Positions 25,130 to 38,250 of a stretch of 64,000 nt of DNA are shown in pieces (positions within the stretch are counted from its first letter, which is position 1; each line of letters opens with the position of its first letter). This DNA is from Ginglymostoma cirratum (lineage: Eukaryota). Where the stretch lies: NCBI GenBank assembly GCA_024137785.1, contig JAHRHZ010000042.1:23284682-23348681 (forward strand), written 5' to 3'. Under the pieces are notes generated by a model, which saw only the letters and a list, made by a program, of their open reading frames with translations, had not been told where the DNA came from and did no database searches. The position numbers and the translations under genes are program-made.

Positions 25130-26137
25130 TGTCACAATTGTCCTCCACACTATTGCTGTTTTCAGGAATGGCTAACAGAAAATGATCCGAGTGAGATAAA
25201 CGATTTCTGTTTTTCTGTGGTTTATGACTGTGTAAACTTTCTTTAATTAGTGGCACAAGAAAGTTAAGACCTCACACTAAAACATGAACTCATAGTCCAG
25301 ACTGAACTTGCGCATAATGCTGAGAATGATCTACATTGCTGGGGATGCCCTCCAGGTTTAAACACGATTCCGTCTGCTGGTTCAGGAGCATTTTGAAAAT
25401 GACTTGGCTCCATTTGAGAATAAGTTACGAGTTATCCAGTGTGCTGATTAATTGATAAAGAAATTAACCATTTGTTCACCTAATGATTAATTTGAATTAT
25501 CCCTGGTAGCTGAATTCACTACATTAGTTCAAACAATGGTAATTTCCGAAGGCATAATTCATTATTCATTTAAGTTGAAGATATGACATTTTGAAAACAC
25601 TTCCTTTCACATGTATATTTTGCCTGGAATCAAGCTCATCATAATGTCCCCTGATCTAACTCAATCTCTGGAAACACCTTCAAATTGTGCAACATTGCAG
25701 GCTTTTTCTTCTTCTTCACATGATCTTTGAGCCTTTAAAACCAAAGTTGGGCTTTCCCTGACAACTAGCATCTGAGGAATTTTTGGAGGCTTTTCAAAGT
25801 GCTTTACATACTAGACTAGGGATTTTGACCATTCAAATAAGAGCAAAATATTGCAGATGATCGAAATCTAATATAAAGGCAGAAAGTGCTGAAGACACAC
25901 AGCAGATGTGGCAGAATCTGTGGAGAGAGAGACAGAGTTAATGTTTCAAGTCTAGTATAACTACTCTTCAGAACTGAGGGGACCATTCAATCAGATTTTG
26001 CAAATCGAAAGTGTTGATACATAATATATATTCCTGATGTTAATTTGCCAATGTTAAATCCATATAACTGCAGTAAACTCTGATTTTTCATGTGCAAATA
26101 ACATTGCACAAATTCTTTTATTCCATTTTTCTTTTAG

Positions 26138-26415
26138 ATGGTCCATAGTTTCTCACAATAATGTACAGGTTTTATGGCAGCAAAATTTACCTTCCAGTGA
26201 CCGAGAGAATTGAGATGCTCTGTATAGTAACCCTGCCTCTGCTGTGATCTGGCTGAAGGATGGGCAAAACTGTACTGAGATGGTACAAATGGCAGCTGGA
26301 TTAAATGGTTCCAAAGAAAAGGTAAGACAGTTCCACTCTGAAGATGCAGGAGTCCACTGGTGTATGGCAAACCATAGCTATGGTTGGAGAAACACAGTGA
26401 TACAAGTTGAAAAAG
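26138..26415 (+). pseudogene. Copy B I/C2-set exon
   Basis: cttttAG|ATGGTCCATAG (stop), an internal deletion, then VIWLKDGQNCTEMVQMAAGL...EDAGVHWCMANHSYGW...AAAG|GTAAGT. Confidence 0.9.
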
Positions 26416-27468
26416 GTAAGTACAAATTTTAAAACTTTATGAACTTAATGTATAAATTATTAAGGTGACAGTCTATTACCTGGAAAGCAAAAGCCCTCTC
26501 TCCAGCAATTTACTTTGAAAAAGTGTACTACAATTCTAGATGTAATAGGAAAGACTACATCCTAAAACACTAACAACATATCTCTAATTCAAAACATGTT
26601 CATAAAGAGTCATAAACTTGTGATTAGATATTGATTAGATGTGTTTGTACAGATTTCAGTCTTAAAATTGTCTTTAAAACTGGTGAATTTGAGAACAACT
26701 ATCAATGCAATGTATGTTTAAAATACTCTGGAATAAACACAAGTAATCCCTTCTTAATCAGGAACAGGATGAAAAATGATTAAGAATTTAACATTGGACA
26801 TATAAAATCTCCAACAATAATTGACTACAAGAAGGAAAAGAACCCACACTTAAATGTCAATGACTTGTACAAGATAATTCGATTCACAGTTTTTAATAGT
26901 TGGTATTCACAGTGCAATTATGATGTTAATTACAAGAGTAAATTCTGTCACCAATTCAAATGACATTTAATGTATAAATGGGGCAACATCATGAAAATTG
27001 TGGGAAACAAAGGACACATTTCAACTTTTGTAAAGATATCAGGGCAATATTGCAAAAGGGTCATTAATTTTTGGAAATTCACAGTTGAGGGGGAATGTTT
27101 TCTTCAATCTAACCAGTTGGCCAATTTGCATATTAATAACAGAGTGTCTTGTTCGGAAGCTGTTATTTTAGACTGTACTTTGAGGCAATCTTCAGACAAA
27201 TTACAAAGGACACAGGAAGAAAATTAAATTTTTCTCTCATGTTGAGGCTCCAGTAAGTTTTGTTCCTACCCACAATGCAATAAATTAGATTGATCTTTAG
27301 TAGGTCTAAATTATCCAAAGCTTCTTCATTTAAGAATTCTACAGATATTTTCTAATCGACATGTTCAGAAATGACATTGTACACCTCTGGAGTAGGTGAG
27401 ACTTGAACCTAGGTCTCCAACCCCAAATGTAGGGACACTACCACTGATCTTTCACAAATTTCTTTCAA

Positions 27469-27576
27469 GTAACACTTGGTTCTGGACTTTCATTGTGTGA
27501 ACTATTACAGTTGCCGCATTCTTTTGGATTCTAACCACATTGAGCTGATCAGTTCAATGCTGAATAATGGGTAATG
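27469..27576 (+). pseudogene. Copy B transmembrane exon
   Basis: Acceptor mutated to tttctttcAA. (G)NTWFWTFIV*TITVAAFFWILTTLS*SVQC*IMG, colinear with the copy A TM exon. Confidence 0.8.
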
Positions 27577-27679
27577 ATGTAGAGCTTCAATCTCCAAGAA
27601 AGTTTAAGTTATTAATGTTTTCCTTTAAATTAGACATGGTAAAATAATTCAGCTTGAACACCTAATGTAATAATTCTAC

Positions 27680-28270
27680 CTTTAGAATGCAAGAGCAGGA
27701 TGTACTGCTGAGGCTGTATAAGGCTCTGGTCAGACCTCTTTTGGAATATTGTGAACAGTTTTAGACCCTACATCTAAGGATGGATGTGCTGGCTTTGGTT
27801 CACAAGAATGATCTTGGCCCGGGTAATGAAGGGTTTGTCATATGAGGAGCAGTTGAGGACTCTGGGTCTGTACTCAATGGAGTTTAGAAGGATAAAGGAG
27901 ATCTCATTGAGACTTTCATACACTGAGAGGCCTGATAAAGTGGATGTGGTGAAGATAATTCCACTAGTAGGTGAGCTTAGGACCCAGGGCACAGCCTCAG
28001 AGTAAAGGGATGAGCCTTCATAACTGAGCTGAGGAGGAACCTTTTCAGCCAGAGGGTGGTGAATCAGAGGAACGCATTACCACAGAAGGCTTTGGTAGTT
28101 ATGTCATTGAGTGGCTTTGAGGCAGAGACAAATAGGTTGTTGGTTAGTAAGAGCATCAAAGGTTATGTGGAGAAAGCAGGAGAATGGGGTATCAGCCGTA
28201 AACAAGTGGTGGATCAGACTCGATAGGCCGAATGACCTGATGACTCTCCCATGTCTTATGGTCTTGTGGT
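27680..28270 (+). mobile_element. CR1 LINE 3' portion
   Basis: LYKALVRP.LEYC and GLSYEEQLRTLGLYSMEFRR motifs; GGTCTTAT-type tail. Confidence 0.9.
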
Positions 28271-29461
28271 CTCACACTAAAATCTATGGGTCTAGAAATT
28301 TCTAACAGACATTAAAGCACAATGATTCATCCTGATAATTCTTTAAATCCTAAAGTAAACACAACCGATGAGGCTGCCAAAGTAGCCCCCACAAACTGTT
28401 TTAAAAGAAATCACCATGGCTGCAGAAATACTTGCAACTGAATTATCTACTTCAGAGACATAGAAAATCCATATGACAGCAGGAAACTCTCACCCTGATA
28501 GAAAATCCAAGCATCAAACTTAAGATAAATATTAAAAATATGTAAAACTCAGATAATTTACATTTCTTTAAGTTAACATCTGATTAGATTTTATTATTTA
28601 ACATGACAATGGGGAAAATAATTCAAACTATGGAATGGTCATGGTTATTTGAGGCCATAGTTTGTAATGTTCACTGTTGCAAAAAGAATGATCTGGCAAT
28701 TAAAAGTAATTTGTTTACAGATGGGTGGTTGTCCTAAATTAGTTGATGCCTGATGAATGTAGTCTGCCCTAGCAAGCTCTCAAACACAAAGGATTACATG
28801 CTGCCCTCAAAGAGAAAAACAGTAACTTACTCCATCCACTCTGCATGTGGGAGTAGCTATTTTGTCTCATTATTGGTGTTTCATTCGGATCAAAGATGGC
28901 AATGTCCCAAAATTATGTCCTTGGGAGTGATTTGCAGGCTTTACCTGGATGACAGAATGATGTTCTTCAATCTCCACGTTCCCTTTTGAGGTGCTGTCCC
29001 CATATTCCTGACGATCTTTCAGCTTCCCACCCCCTTTCTATTCATACACCAAGTCCCTTTGTACACCGCTAATGTCTCCAAATTACCACCTGAGCTAGGC
29101 ATTTGTAAATCATACAGTGTCCTCATGCAGCCAGCATGGTGATTGGCATTTCTAACTCTCCACCTCACCACCTCCAGTTCCTCATCACCTTCTTGCTCTC
29201 TGTGACCCCATCCCTCTGTCTGAATTGTCCTCTTTCACCATCATCATTCCATCAGTGACATGGTCCAAGGAACCACAATCCCAGACTTGAGCTTTCCACT
29301 GTTCCCAGGACTCCACAAACTGCTTCCTGAAAAGCTGCCTGACCATTAATGCCCAAACCCACAGGACTGACTGTGGCCCAGTCCCCACACTGACTTAGGA
29401 GGACAGGCCTGATAGAGCATTTTCCAGCTTCCGGTTGATGTCTCCACCACAACCTGTATGA

Positions 29462-29619
29462 GAGATAGTAGGAACTGCAGATGCTGGAAAATCTGAGATA
29501 ACAAGGTGTCGAGCAGGATAAACATTTCTGGAAAACATTTCTGATGAAGGGCGTAGGCCCGAATCGTCAGCCTTCCTGCTCCTCTGAAGCTGTTTGGCTT
29601 GCTGTGTTCATCCAGCTCT
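29462..29619. mobile_element. Penelope-derived fold-back element
   Basis: TSD ACAACCTGTATGA; core CTGATGA-AGGGCGTAGGCCC-GAAT. Confidence 0.8.
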
Positions 29620-30879
29620 ACAACCTGTATGATGTTTCTGAGATCCCTGAACTGGTTACACTTGACCTGCAGGACTGACCATGACCCAATCTTTGCACAA
29701 CAAGGAAACAAACCCTAGAATCGATATGGGCCAATCTCCTGAGCCTGGCCAACCCCTTGGACTGGAAACAGGTGAGTCCCTTAATGGACTAATTTAGTTT
29801 TGGAACATGGTTTGCCTGGACTGGTTGGACTGAAGAGTCTGTTTCTGTGCTGTATGACTCTATGATTCTATGACGGTTGCACCAGACACTTAGCGAACAT
29901 GGACCTCCTCAACCCCACTCAGTACTGGTACCATTTGTCTTTAAGTCTTGCCCATTGCGTTGAAGCACATGCAGTGTTTTTGCCACATAAGCTGCTGGCA
30001 TATTCTGTAGGTATGATATTGCCATACACAATATAAGACCATAAGACATAGGAGCAGAAATTAGGCCATTCGGCCCATCAAGTCTGCTCCGCCATTCAAT
30101 CATGGCTGATGATGCCCAACCATTTAACTTTTCTGAGCCGTTAGGAGCTGCCTATGTCACTGTCTGTGTTAAAAATTAATGCGCAACACAGATGCTGCCA
30201 GCCTGTAAATTACCACTGAAGAGCCTATACACTACAAAAATATTCATGCTAGAAAACCTGGTAACCCCGAAGGAAGCAAAATGATTGAGCACCAAGAACT
30301 TGAGCTGAGGGCAATAAGATGCATTGAGCGCATGGGCATAAGATATATGTGCATGTCCCAGCATGCAAAGAGACCTGGCAGAAACATATTTATAAGTACC
30401 GCTGAGCTCTAACATTGTGCTCAAGAGAGGAAGGGGTGAATGAGTTAGTCTAAAAGTAGCCGTGATGATGTGCTGAGGTTGATGGTTTGGTGATGTCTAC
30501 TTCCGTGGATGAAAGTGGGAGAGAACATTCTCCATTGAGCAAGCTAGGATATTGTGGAGAAGACAGTGTTGTCTGAAGGACTGGAGGTTAAAGCAGTGAG
30601 CTGCTGCCGCTCTGACTTTCATGTCAGGAATTGCCACTATCTAGTTTCTTTGGCAAGGAGAAGAAAATTGGGAGCTGTATAAAAATAAGAAGAGTTTAGC
30701 AGGTAATGAAATACAAATACAGGGAAACAAGGTAATCACTGTTCATTAACAACATTCGGAACTCACTGGTTATATCTTAAGGCAAAAATCAAAAATTTTT
30801 TTTTTGACGTTGAGATTTGATTTCTTCATTTTTGTGTTATTTTCCCAACTTTCTCTCCACCGTCTTCACAATATATATC

Positions 30880-31065
30880 TGCATCCATTAGTTTCATTAA
30901 TGTCCTTTAGGGAAAGAAATCTGCCATCCTTACCTGATCGGGTTGACACATGGCTTCAGACCCACGAGAAAACGATTCTCCATAATGGCCTAGACAACTT
31001 CTCGGTTGTTGGTGATGACCAATAAATTCTTGCCAGAGACAACCACATCCTGTGAATGAATTTTA
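30880..31065 (+). mobile_element. SINE 3' fragment
   Basis: aaatctgccatccttacctg... shared with 37800-37960. Confidence 0.65.
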
Positions 31066-31321
31066 AAGCACCATTATGATTTGGTTGTCCTTTTGTTTGC
31101 TATCTGATCTCAGTGTGGAAGTTTAAACAGATCAGTTGAGCTGGTGACAGAATCATTCATATGCCAAACCCATCTTGACTTGTAATTATGTAAAAACACA
31201 GTTAATAGCATAAACTGGGCACCAGATGGCAATAAACAGAAATCTAAACAAGCCATTAATTATTGAAACATGCAAATTCACATCGCTGCGTCCAATACAA
31301 ACCAATGATATACAGCAAATT

Positions 31322-31895
31322 GAGGAGGGTTCTTGTGGGGTAAAGGTAGTGACTGTACCTCTGGACCAGGAGACCAAAGTTCTAGTCCCACCTGATCCAG
31401 AAGTCTGTAATAACATCTCTATAGTTGGTTTAAGAAAATCTCTGAGAGGTGGCTTCTTGTGGCACAGTGGTATTGTCTGTATCTCTGAGCTGGGAGACCA
31501 TGGTTCAAGTCGCACTTGCTGCAGAGGAGTGTATTAACATTACTGAACTGGTTCATTAGAAAACATCGATAGCAAATTGGGGAGGGACCTTGGGATGAAG
31601 TGATAGCATCTCTACCTCTGGGCCAGGAGGCCCAGGTTCTCTTGATCCAGAAATGTGTCATAACATCCTTGAACAGGTTAGTTAGAAAACATCTACAGCA
31701 AATTCTGTTAAAGCCCCTACCTGCCCCAGAGATGAGTAATAACACCTCTGAACAGGTTAATTCAAATTTCAGGGACAAATTGGGAGGACCTTGCAGTGTA
31801 GTGGGAGTGTCTCTACTTCTGAGTCAGGAGGCCAGGCATTCAAGTCCCACCTGCTCCAGACATGTAATGACCTCAATAGGTTGGTTAGAAAATAT
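31322..31895 (+). repeat. Tandem array of ~120-135-bp tRNA-derived units (4 full, 1 partial)
   Basis: Units carry A-box-like (TGGCACAGTGG/TGTAGTGG) and B-box-like (GGTTCAAGTC) sequences, variably degenerate, then ccaga..tgt..taacatc..tgaac.ggtt..ttagaaaa. Monomer at ~27350-27446 (minus). Confidence 0.8.
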
Positions 31896-32029
31896 TGTGT
31901 CCCTGATTAACTTGGCAATGTACCAATATTCTGCCTCTGCTTTAGTATGTTGGAATATAAATAAAAGCTTATATTCCAATAACATTTATGGGTGTGATTA
32001 ACAATGTAGTAATGATTAGATAATCTGCT

Positions 32030-32160
32030 TCTTGTGATATTGATTGAGGGGTTGATACTGAGATCCCCTGCTCTGTTTCGAATTGGTGCCCTGGAACATT
32101 TAGCATTCACATGCAGAAGGCAGATAGGGCCTCGAGGTAATATTTCATCCCGTTGTCAGA
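32030..32160 (-). mobile_element. Old SINE remnant (DeuSINE-like)
   Basis: cccctgctct..ttcgaa..gtgcc..gga...cagatagggcctcg...atttcatcc; weaker copy at 21275-21360. Confidence 0.45.
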
Positions 32161-32724
32161 GGTGTGGGACAAAGAGCAAGAACTAATTTCCACACCCATC
32201 CACCTGCACACATTTGCCAGGAACATATTTCCTCGTCCGCCCCTTTACCAGAATATCAGGACTATTGAAACATGTAAATCAGGTTTACAAAAATTCCCAG
32301 ATTTTTGAAGCCGCTTAACTGCTATCTGTTCAAACAACCAGATGTTGTGCAACAACTTCCAGGAACTATCTATATCTCATATGTGGAAACTGACGAAATG
32401 TAAGTTTCAGCCAAGTGAAAATTTGTCACTCAGATTGGATGGAGAAGTGAAAGATGGTTACTACATTGTTAATCACATGCATAAATGTGGGTGGAATATA
32501 GATGTTTTTCACATGATGCAGTTCCTATGAGGAGAATGTCTCTTGTAGGATGAAAAGAAGCTAATATTGAGCAATATAATTGTAGTTACTGTCTTGTGCA
32601 GTTGGTGGCAGCACAGGCACATTTTGAGGTTGCTGGCGTGATAGTTATTATATCATGTGACTGATTTTTATAGCATTTATTGTATTTGCCAAGCCTGATG
32701 ACATGTAATCAGTCAGCAGACCTT

Positions 32725-33290
32725 CTGACAAATAAACAGAAAATGCTGGAAAGTCTCTGCAGATGTGGTCATGTCTGTGGAGAGAAAGCAGAGTTAATGT
32801 TTCTGATCCAGTGGGCCCTTCTTCAGAACTGATAGTAGCTAGGAAAAGATTAGTATATACATTGAAGATGGGATGGGGGTAGTGGGAGATGATTAAACAA
32901 TAGGTGGAGATGGAGCTCAGAGAGAGAGAAGAACAATTGGGTAGACAAAGGAATGGATAAAGGTCAGCCTGGGAGAATGAATAGCTGCTAATGGGGACCA
33001 ATAGTTCTGACAATATGGTAACAGTCCATGTGATGACAAGGGCTTTGTGTGTGGGGTTGGGGGTAAAGACATGGGTGAAGATGAACAGGCTCTAACCTTA
33101 TTGAACTCAATATTGAGGCCTGAATGCTGCACCGTTCCCAAGCTGAAACTGAGAGCTGTTCCTCCATCTTGCACTGAGCTTCACTGGAGAACTGCAGCAA
33201 GTCTGAGACAGAGATCTTGGCCAGGGAACAGGGTGGTAAGTTCAAGCGGCAGGCAACAGGAAGCTCAGGATCATTTTGGCACAAAGAATG
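32725..33290 (-). mobile_element. Penelope-like element 3' portion
   Basis: DPELPVAC..N...CS..ISV..LLQ and GLNIEF endonuclease C-terminus plus pseudo-LTR; reverse of 20070-20610. Confidence 0.85.
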
Positions 33291-34402
33291 TTTCTGCCAA
33301 CCTTCTGGCATTTGTTTATGGCCAACTTGAGTATATTGCATTTCAAAGTATTAACAATGTGTTTAATGACAGCGTCCCCATTATCATACAGCTGGCCTAG
33401 TAACAAGGCTAACTATTCCATACAGTCTCTCTGGCCAATTGTTACCTGATGGGACACCTGACAGGATAATTAGTATGGTGATACAGTGGCTGAGCTGTTT
33501 CCTACAGGATATTTTAAATCTTCTCATCATTCAGTTTATGGTTTTAAAGAAGGTGGTAAGGTTGCTGAATCTGGAGGTATTATCACCTGCCTCCAGTGAT
33601 ATGCCCTACCTAGTCAAAATGTCTTTTCTTCCTGTAAGATTTTGCAAGTATTGCTAACATATAGGATTCTCCATTGTTTTGAAGTAACATTTTAGGATTT
33701 AGCCTTATCCCCCTTTTTTAAAAACCAACTGTCCAGTTTGAATTTGTGATTGAAGTCAGTCACTGTTAAAACTGTTTAGGCCCAGAATTGATAGCCTCTT
33801 CTGTGCTGGATGAATCTATAACAGGCAAGTTGTGTTTATGAAAAGCTGCTCTTTCTGATAAACAAAGTTATTAGTTTGTCTGGCTCAAAGGAGGCACGTT
33901 CATTTTAATTACACTCGTTTTAAATACACCCATTTCAAATACACTCTGTAAACTTCAAAGCCTTTCTGTCAGATTTAAAGGAATAAATAAAGGTTTCGAA
34001 CACTACTGTGTGAACTCAAAGCAGCTTCTTTAAATATGAGTTAAACAAGAACCAATGTGTTTTTGAATTAGATTTAGATTATCTAATGCCTCGATCTATT
34101 AACCATATCTTTACAATAAAGCACATGTAATTAAGAATGACATCTGTTCCTTAGTGTTCTTGGGGATTCGTCAATATATTTATGTGAATTGCCTGCAACA
34201 GTTCCCATCATTGATAAGAGCATATAACATTATTTATACAGCTGTAACCTGTATCTAAATGCGTAACATTTGTTATCAATGGAATGAAAACTCTGGGCCC
34301 AAAAGAAATAAGGGATGGATATTTATTTCCATCTATGTGACTCAAGCCACAATGATAAGGTGACATTATTGATCCTCATCCTAACCCAAGGTCAGAAATC
34401 AC

Positions 34403-34995
34403 ATGACACACACATACACACACACATACACACACATACTCTCTCCCCCCTCACTCACTCTCTCACACACACACACACGAATTTATATTTGCAGATACGT
34501 TTTATTTTGTTCAAAAAGCACACAATTTATAGATAGTCAGTCAATGTGGCGTTTTATAAATTTCTACTTTAGAAATAAACCAGTCTGACTCCAGACTAAA
34601 ACACAAACAGATTCTAAACAAGGTCTCATACCTAACATACATTGTCTGACCTAAAATGTCACCTCTACTTTATGCTGATAAAACCTTTAGTTGTCTCAGG
34701 ACCGTGACTTGAGAGGAATTTGGGGATTTGCATATACAAATTAATCAATTAAAACCTTCTAACTGATTAAAGATTTAACAACATCTTAAGTTTGTTTAGT
34801 ACATCCTCAACAATGTGTGAACCTTTGATCTTTTACTTATAAACTCTGTGTCTGATACTGCCTCACTCACGAACACCTGAAGAAGGACTGAGGCTCCGAA
34901 AGCTTGTGTTTTCAAATAAAGCTGTTGGACTCTAACCTGGTGTCATGTGATCTCTGACCTTGTCCACCCCAGTCCTACACCGGCACCACCACATC
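34403..34995 (+). mobile_element. Non-autonomous Penelope-type element preceded by an (AC)n tract
   Basis: (AC)n at 34405-34478; core CTGAAGA-AGGACTGAGGCTCC-GAAA-GCTT at 34877-34905, followed by AATAAA. Confidence 0.7.
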
Positions 34996-35204
34996 ATCCT
35001 TACCCAATGAATAATGTTCATTTGGACTATTTCCCAATATGGAATCGGAAATAGTCAGAATTAAGAATAAAAGTTGAAAACTCAAAGGGATGAACTTTGT
35101 TTTTTTTTAGCCAGGTCCAAGCTGTATCATGGTTTTTGGAGGGTGTTTGTCACGAGTCCTGGCAAGTCTTTTTTTTGTATGCGACCAAATTCATTTTATT
35201 AGCT

Positions 35205-35350
35205 AACAAGGCGTGGAGTTGGAGGAACACAGCAGGCCAGGGTCTGGAACCTTATTTAGAAAATGCTCCTCTGATGCTGCCCAGCCTGCTGTGTTCCTCC
35301 AGCTCCACGCCTTGTTCCCTCAGACTCCAGCATCGGCAGTTCTTACTATC
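35205..35350. mobile_element. Penelope-derived fold-back element
   Basis: TSD TCATTTTATTAGCTA. Confidence 0.8.
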
Positions 35351-35609
35351 TCATTTTATTAGCTACCCAGCCCACCCCACTCCACCCCAAAGGTAACTCT
35401 CACATTCAATTTCAACTCCATCTTGCCACACACCATTCCCAGTATTTTCTTTTTCACTAAGTGAGTTTTTTTAAAATACAGTCATGGGATGTGGGCATCA
35501 TTGGCTGGATCAACATTTATTGCCCATTCCTAGTTGACCTGTGGATGTTTGTGGTGAGCTACCTTCTTGAATTGCTGTAGTTCCACATGTGGTAGGTAAA
35601 TTCACAATT

Positions 35610-38250
35610 CTATTATGCCTTTTGACCCAGCAACAGTCTGCCAGAGACCAGTCAGCCCCAGGCAGGAGAGGACCCTGTGGTATTGGCAGTCAGGGAGTTC
35701 ACCTCAATGCGCAGGGAGGAATAGAAGCAGCAGACAAGCACGTGGAGCACGATGGCCCTTTTTGCCCCAAAAGCTGCAGCGAATCATACCACAGACAAGA
35801 TGGCAGCTGTCATAGATAGCCAGGCTCAACGCCCTCAGACACTGCTGGAGATGTGCCCATCTGTACTCCATCATCCCGGACGTTGGTCCTCAGGACCGAA
35901 GGCACGGCGACAGGAGTGTGTAGATGGTTGTAAAATCTTGACTGCAGTGCAGGTGTCCCCTCCTCACAAAGAAATAGTACCTTGCCAGGAGACACTCATC
36001 CAGAGCCACTGGGCACTTTCCACGCAGGGCCACTGCAGAGGTGGCCAGGCCTTCCACCTCAACTCTGCCTGCCCCCATCTGATCATTAGAAGTTCAAGCC
36101 AAGGAGGTTCAACTTCCTTCTGGCAAGATAACCCTCAGCCTGTGTGGGCTGAGTAGACAGAAGCACCCCAGAGATGCCCCACCAACGTCCAGTGCCCTTG
36201 AACAAGCTGCCTCTACTCCCTCCACAAAACCAGGGAGTACAATAAGATAATTAGGAGAGAGAGAAAGAAGGTGAGATGACCATTCCTAGTCTGGTCATAC
36301 ATTGCCACTCCTTGAAGCCAGGGTGCTCCTGATTGTTGACAACCTTCCCTCCCATGTTACACATTTCCCAGCCATGCTTCACCATATGCCCTCCCATTTT
36401 TAAATTCTGCTGTCCTTGTTCTGCATCCTTACCCAGAGTCTGAATGCCCCAGCATCAGAGAGTAACACACCAGCACTCTGTCCCTTGACAACGGCCATAT
36501 TTGTGCCCCCACTTTGGTGGACTGACCCAAGGACCAACATGACCAGACAGCCCCAGGCAAGATGTGCTTAAACTCATGGCTGGTAGTTGTACATTTCTTA
36601 AACCACATTGGCAAGAACCACTGGACTGGGCACGATGGAACCAAAAGATTGACTGAGACACATTCCTTGCACTGCAGAAGCACTGACCCCGTAAGCAATA
36701 AAACCCCAACCCGAACCCTGACCATGACCAATCCCTGGTCTGATGTTGGAGACAGTCCTGACAATGTCGGAATCATCTGTCTGATGGCAATCTCCATAGG
36801 CTTCTTTGAGGATTATTTCCTGAGGATTTGGATATATGGATGCCTGCATACTGCAGACTCAGTGTGTTTACTGCATAAGTTTCTGGCACACCTTGCAGGC
36901 ATGAGATTGGTACAGCAAGATGCCACACAGCCCCTTGGGCTGTGACCTGCTGCCCAGCAAGCGATGTTGCCTAAGAAAAAACTGAAGGAACTGTGGATGC
37001 TGTAAATCAGAAACTAAAATAGAGGTTGCCCAAAAAACTCAGCAGATATGGCAGCATCTGTGGGGAGAAATCAGAGTTAACATTTCAGGTTGAGTGATCC
37101 TTCCTCAGAATTGATGTTAGCCAGCTAGCTCTGAAATGGTAACTCTGATTTCTCTCCACAGATGCTGCCACACCTGCTGAGCTTTTCCAGCAATCTCTAT
37201 TTTTGTTAAGAGCAGTTGCCTGCTATGTGACTTTGTTAATTGACATGACAAAGCAAGGCAGTGATGCTTTAAGCATGAGTTAGACGCTAGGTGAGTAACT
37301 GTTAAGAGAACAAGTACAAAGCCTTGACTTGCAGCATGGCCCAGTCTGTGAAATGGGTATCTGCGCTTTTGTACAAAGTATCCTCACTGCAGTCTTTCAA
37401 CGCTATTTGCCAGTGCTACCTGCAATGCAAGTCTGTGTCTACAGACCACCCTGCCAGTGTATTGAAAAGGTGCCAGAATGGTCAAGAAGGATTGTTAAAT
37501 GCTGCATGCCAATGTCTGTGGAAGAGGGATGTGTTCTAGTGCTAGTGCCCCAGAATCATTCCTGTGCTGCGGTTTGCTCACAAACAACATGGAGAGCATT
37601 TGGAGCAAGCGATGGGGGAGGCCAAGGCCTAGTAGTATTATTGTGAAACTATTAATCCAGAACCTCAGCTAATGTTCTGGGGACACAGATTTGTATCCCA
37701 CCATCGCAGATCGTGGAATTTAAAATCAACAAAAAAATCTGGATTTGAGAAATTACTGATGACTGTGAAACCATTGCTGATTATTGGGAAAAGTCCCTCT
37801 GGTTCAAGAATGTCCTTCAGAGAAGGAAATCTGCCATTCTCACCTGGTCAGGCCGACATATGACTCCAGACCCACAGCAATGATTCTCAACTGCCTTCAG
37901 GGCAATTGGGGATAGGCAATAAATGCTGGCCTAGCCCATAGCCTGTGAATGAATTTTTAAAAAAGCAGATTTCTTTGTTGAGTTTTCCAGATGTCAAACT
38001 TGTTTGGTGAGTTTGGCAAGATGGCAGATTGAACATTCATAAGGAAAGTGGGCTGTTGACGAGGTCTTTAACAAACAATGACAACTCACTATTGCCTAGA
38101 GAGAAACTTGCCCTGCAGCTTGTAAAAACTGTAGAAGATGGCGTGGGTTACTCCCAATGTTGAGTTAGGCCTCGCCTCACTCGTTGCCTGATTCTGCTAC
38201 ACATCTCTCATGATGCCGCTTCACTCAGACACCAGTAAGATTCTGCCCAG
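35610..38250. mobile_element. Unresolved GC-rich decayed transposon (possibly PIF/Harbinger or Tx1-like) with nested insertions
   Basis: GC-rich broken frames with no decisive motif. Nested Penelope unit at 36973-37214 and SINE at 37615-37960. Confidence 0.3.
37615..37960 (+). mobile_element. tRNA-derived SINE
   Basis: Same family as 16610-16958. Confidence 0.8.

Larger units (their letters stand above)
24828..27576 (+). pseudogene. IgSF receptor copy B pseudogene (C1-I-TM; no L or V exon found)
   Basis: Exons and intervening introns are recognisably homologous to the reverse complement of 5330-8020. Stops and frameshifts in every exon. Confidence 0.88.

Noticed and set aside
31322-31895. 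CRISPR array or true tRNA gene cluster
   Set aside because: Eukaryotic context, diverged repeats without unique spacers, and no intact cloverleaf evident. Treated as SINE-derived.
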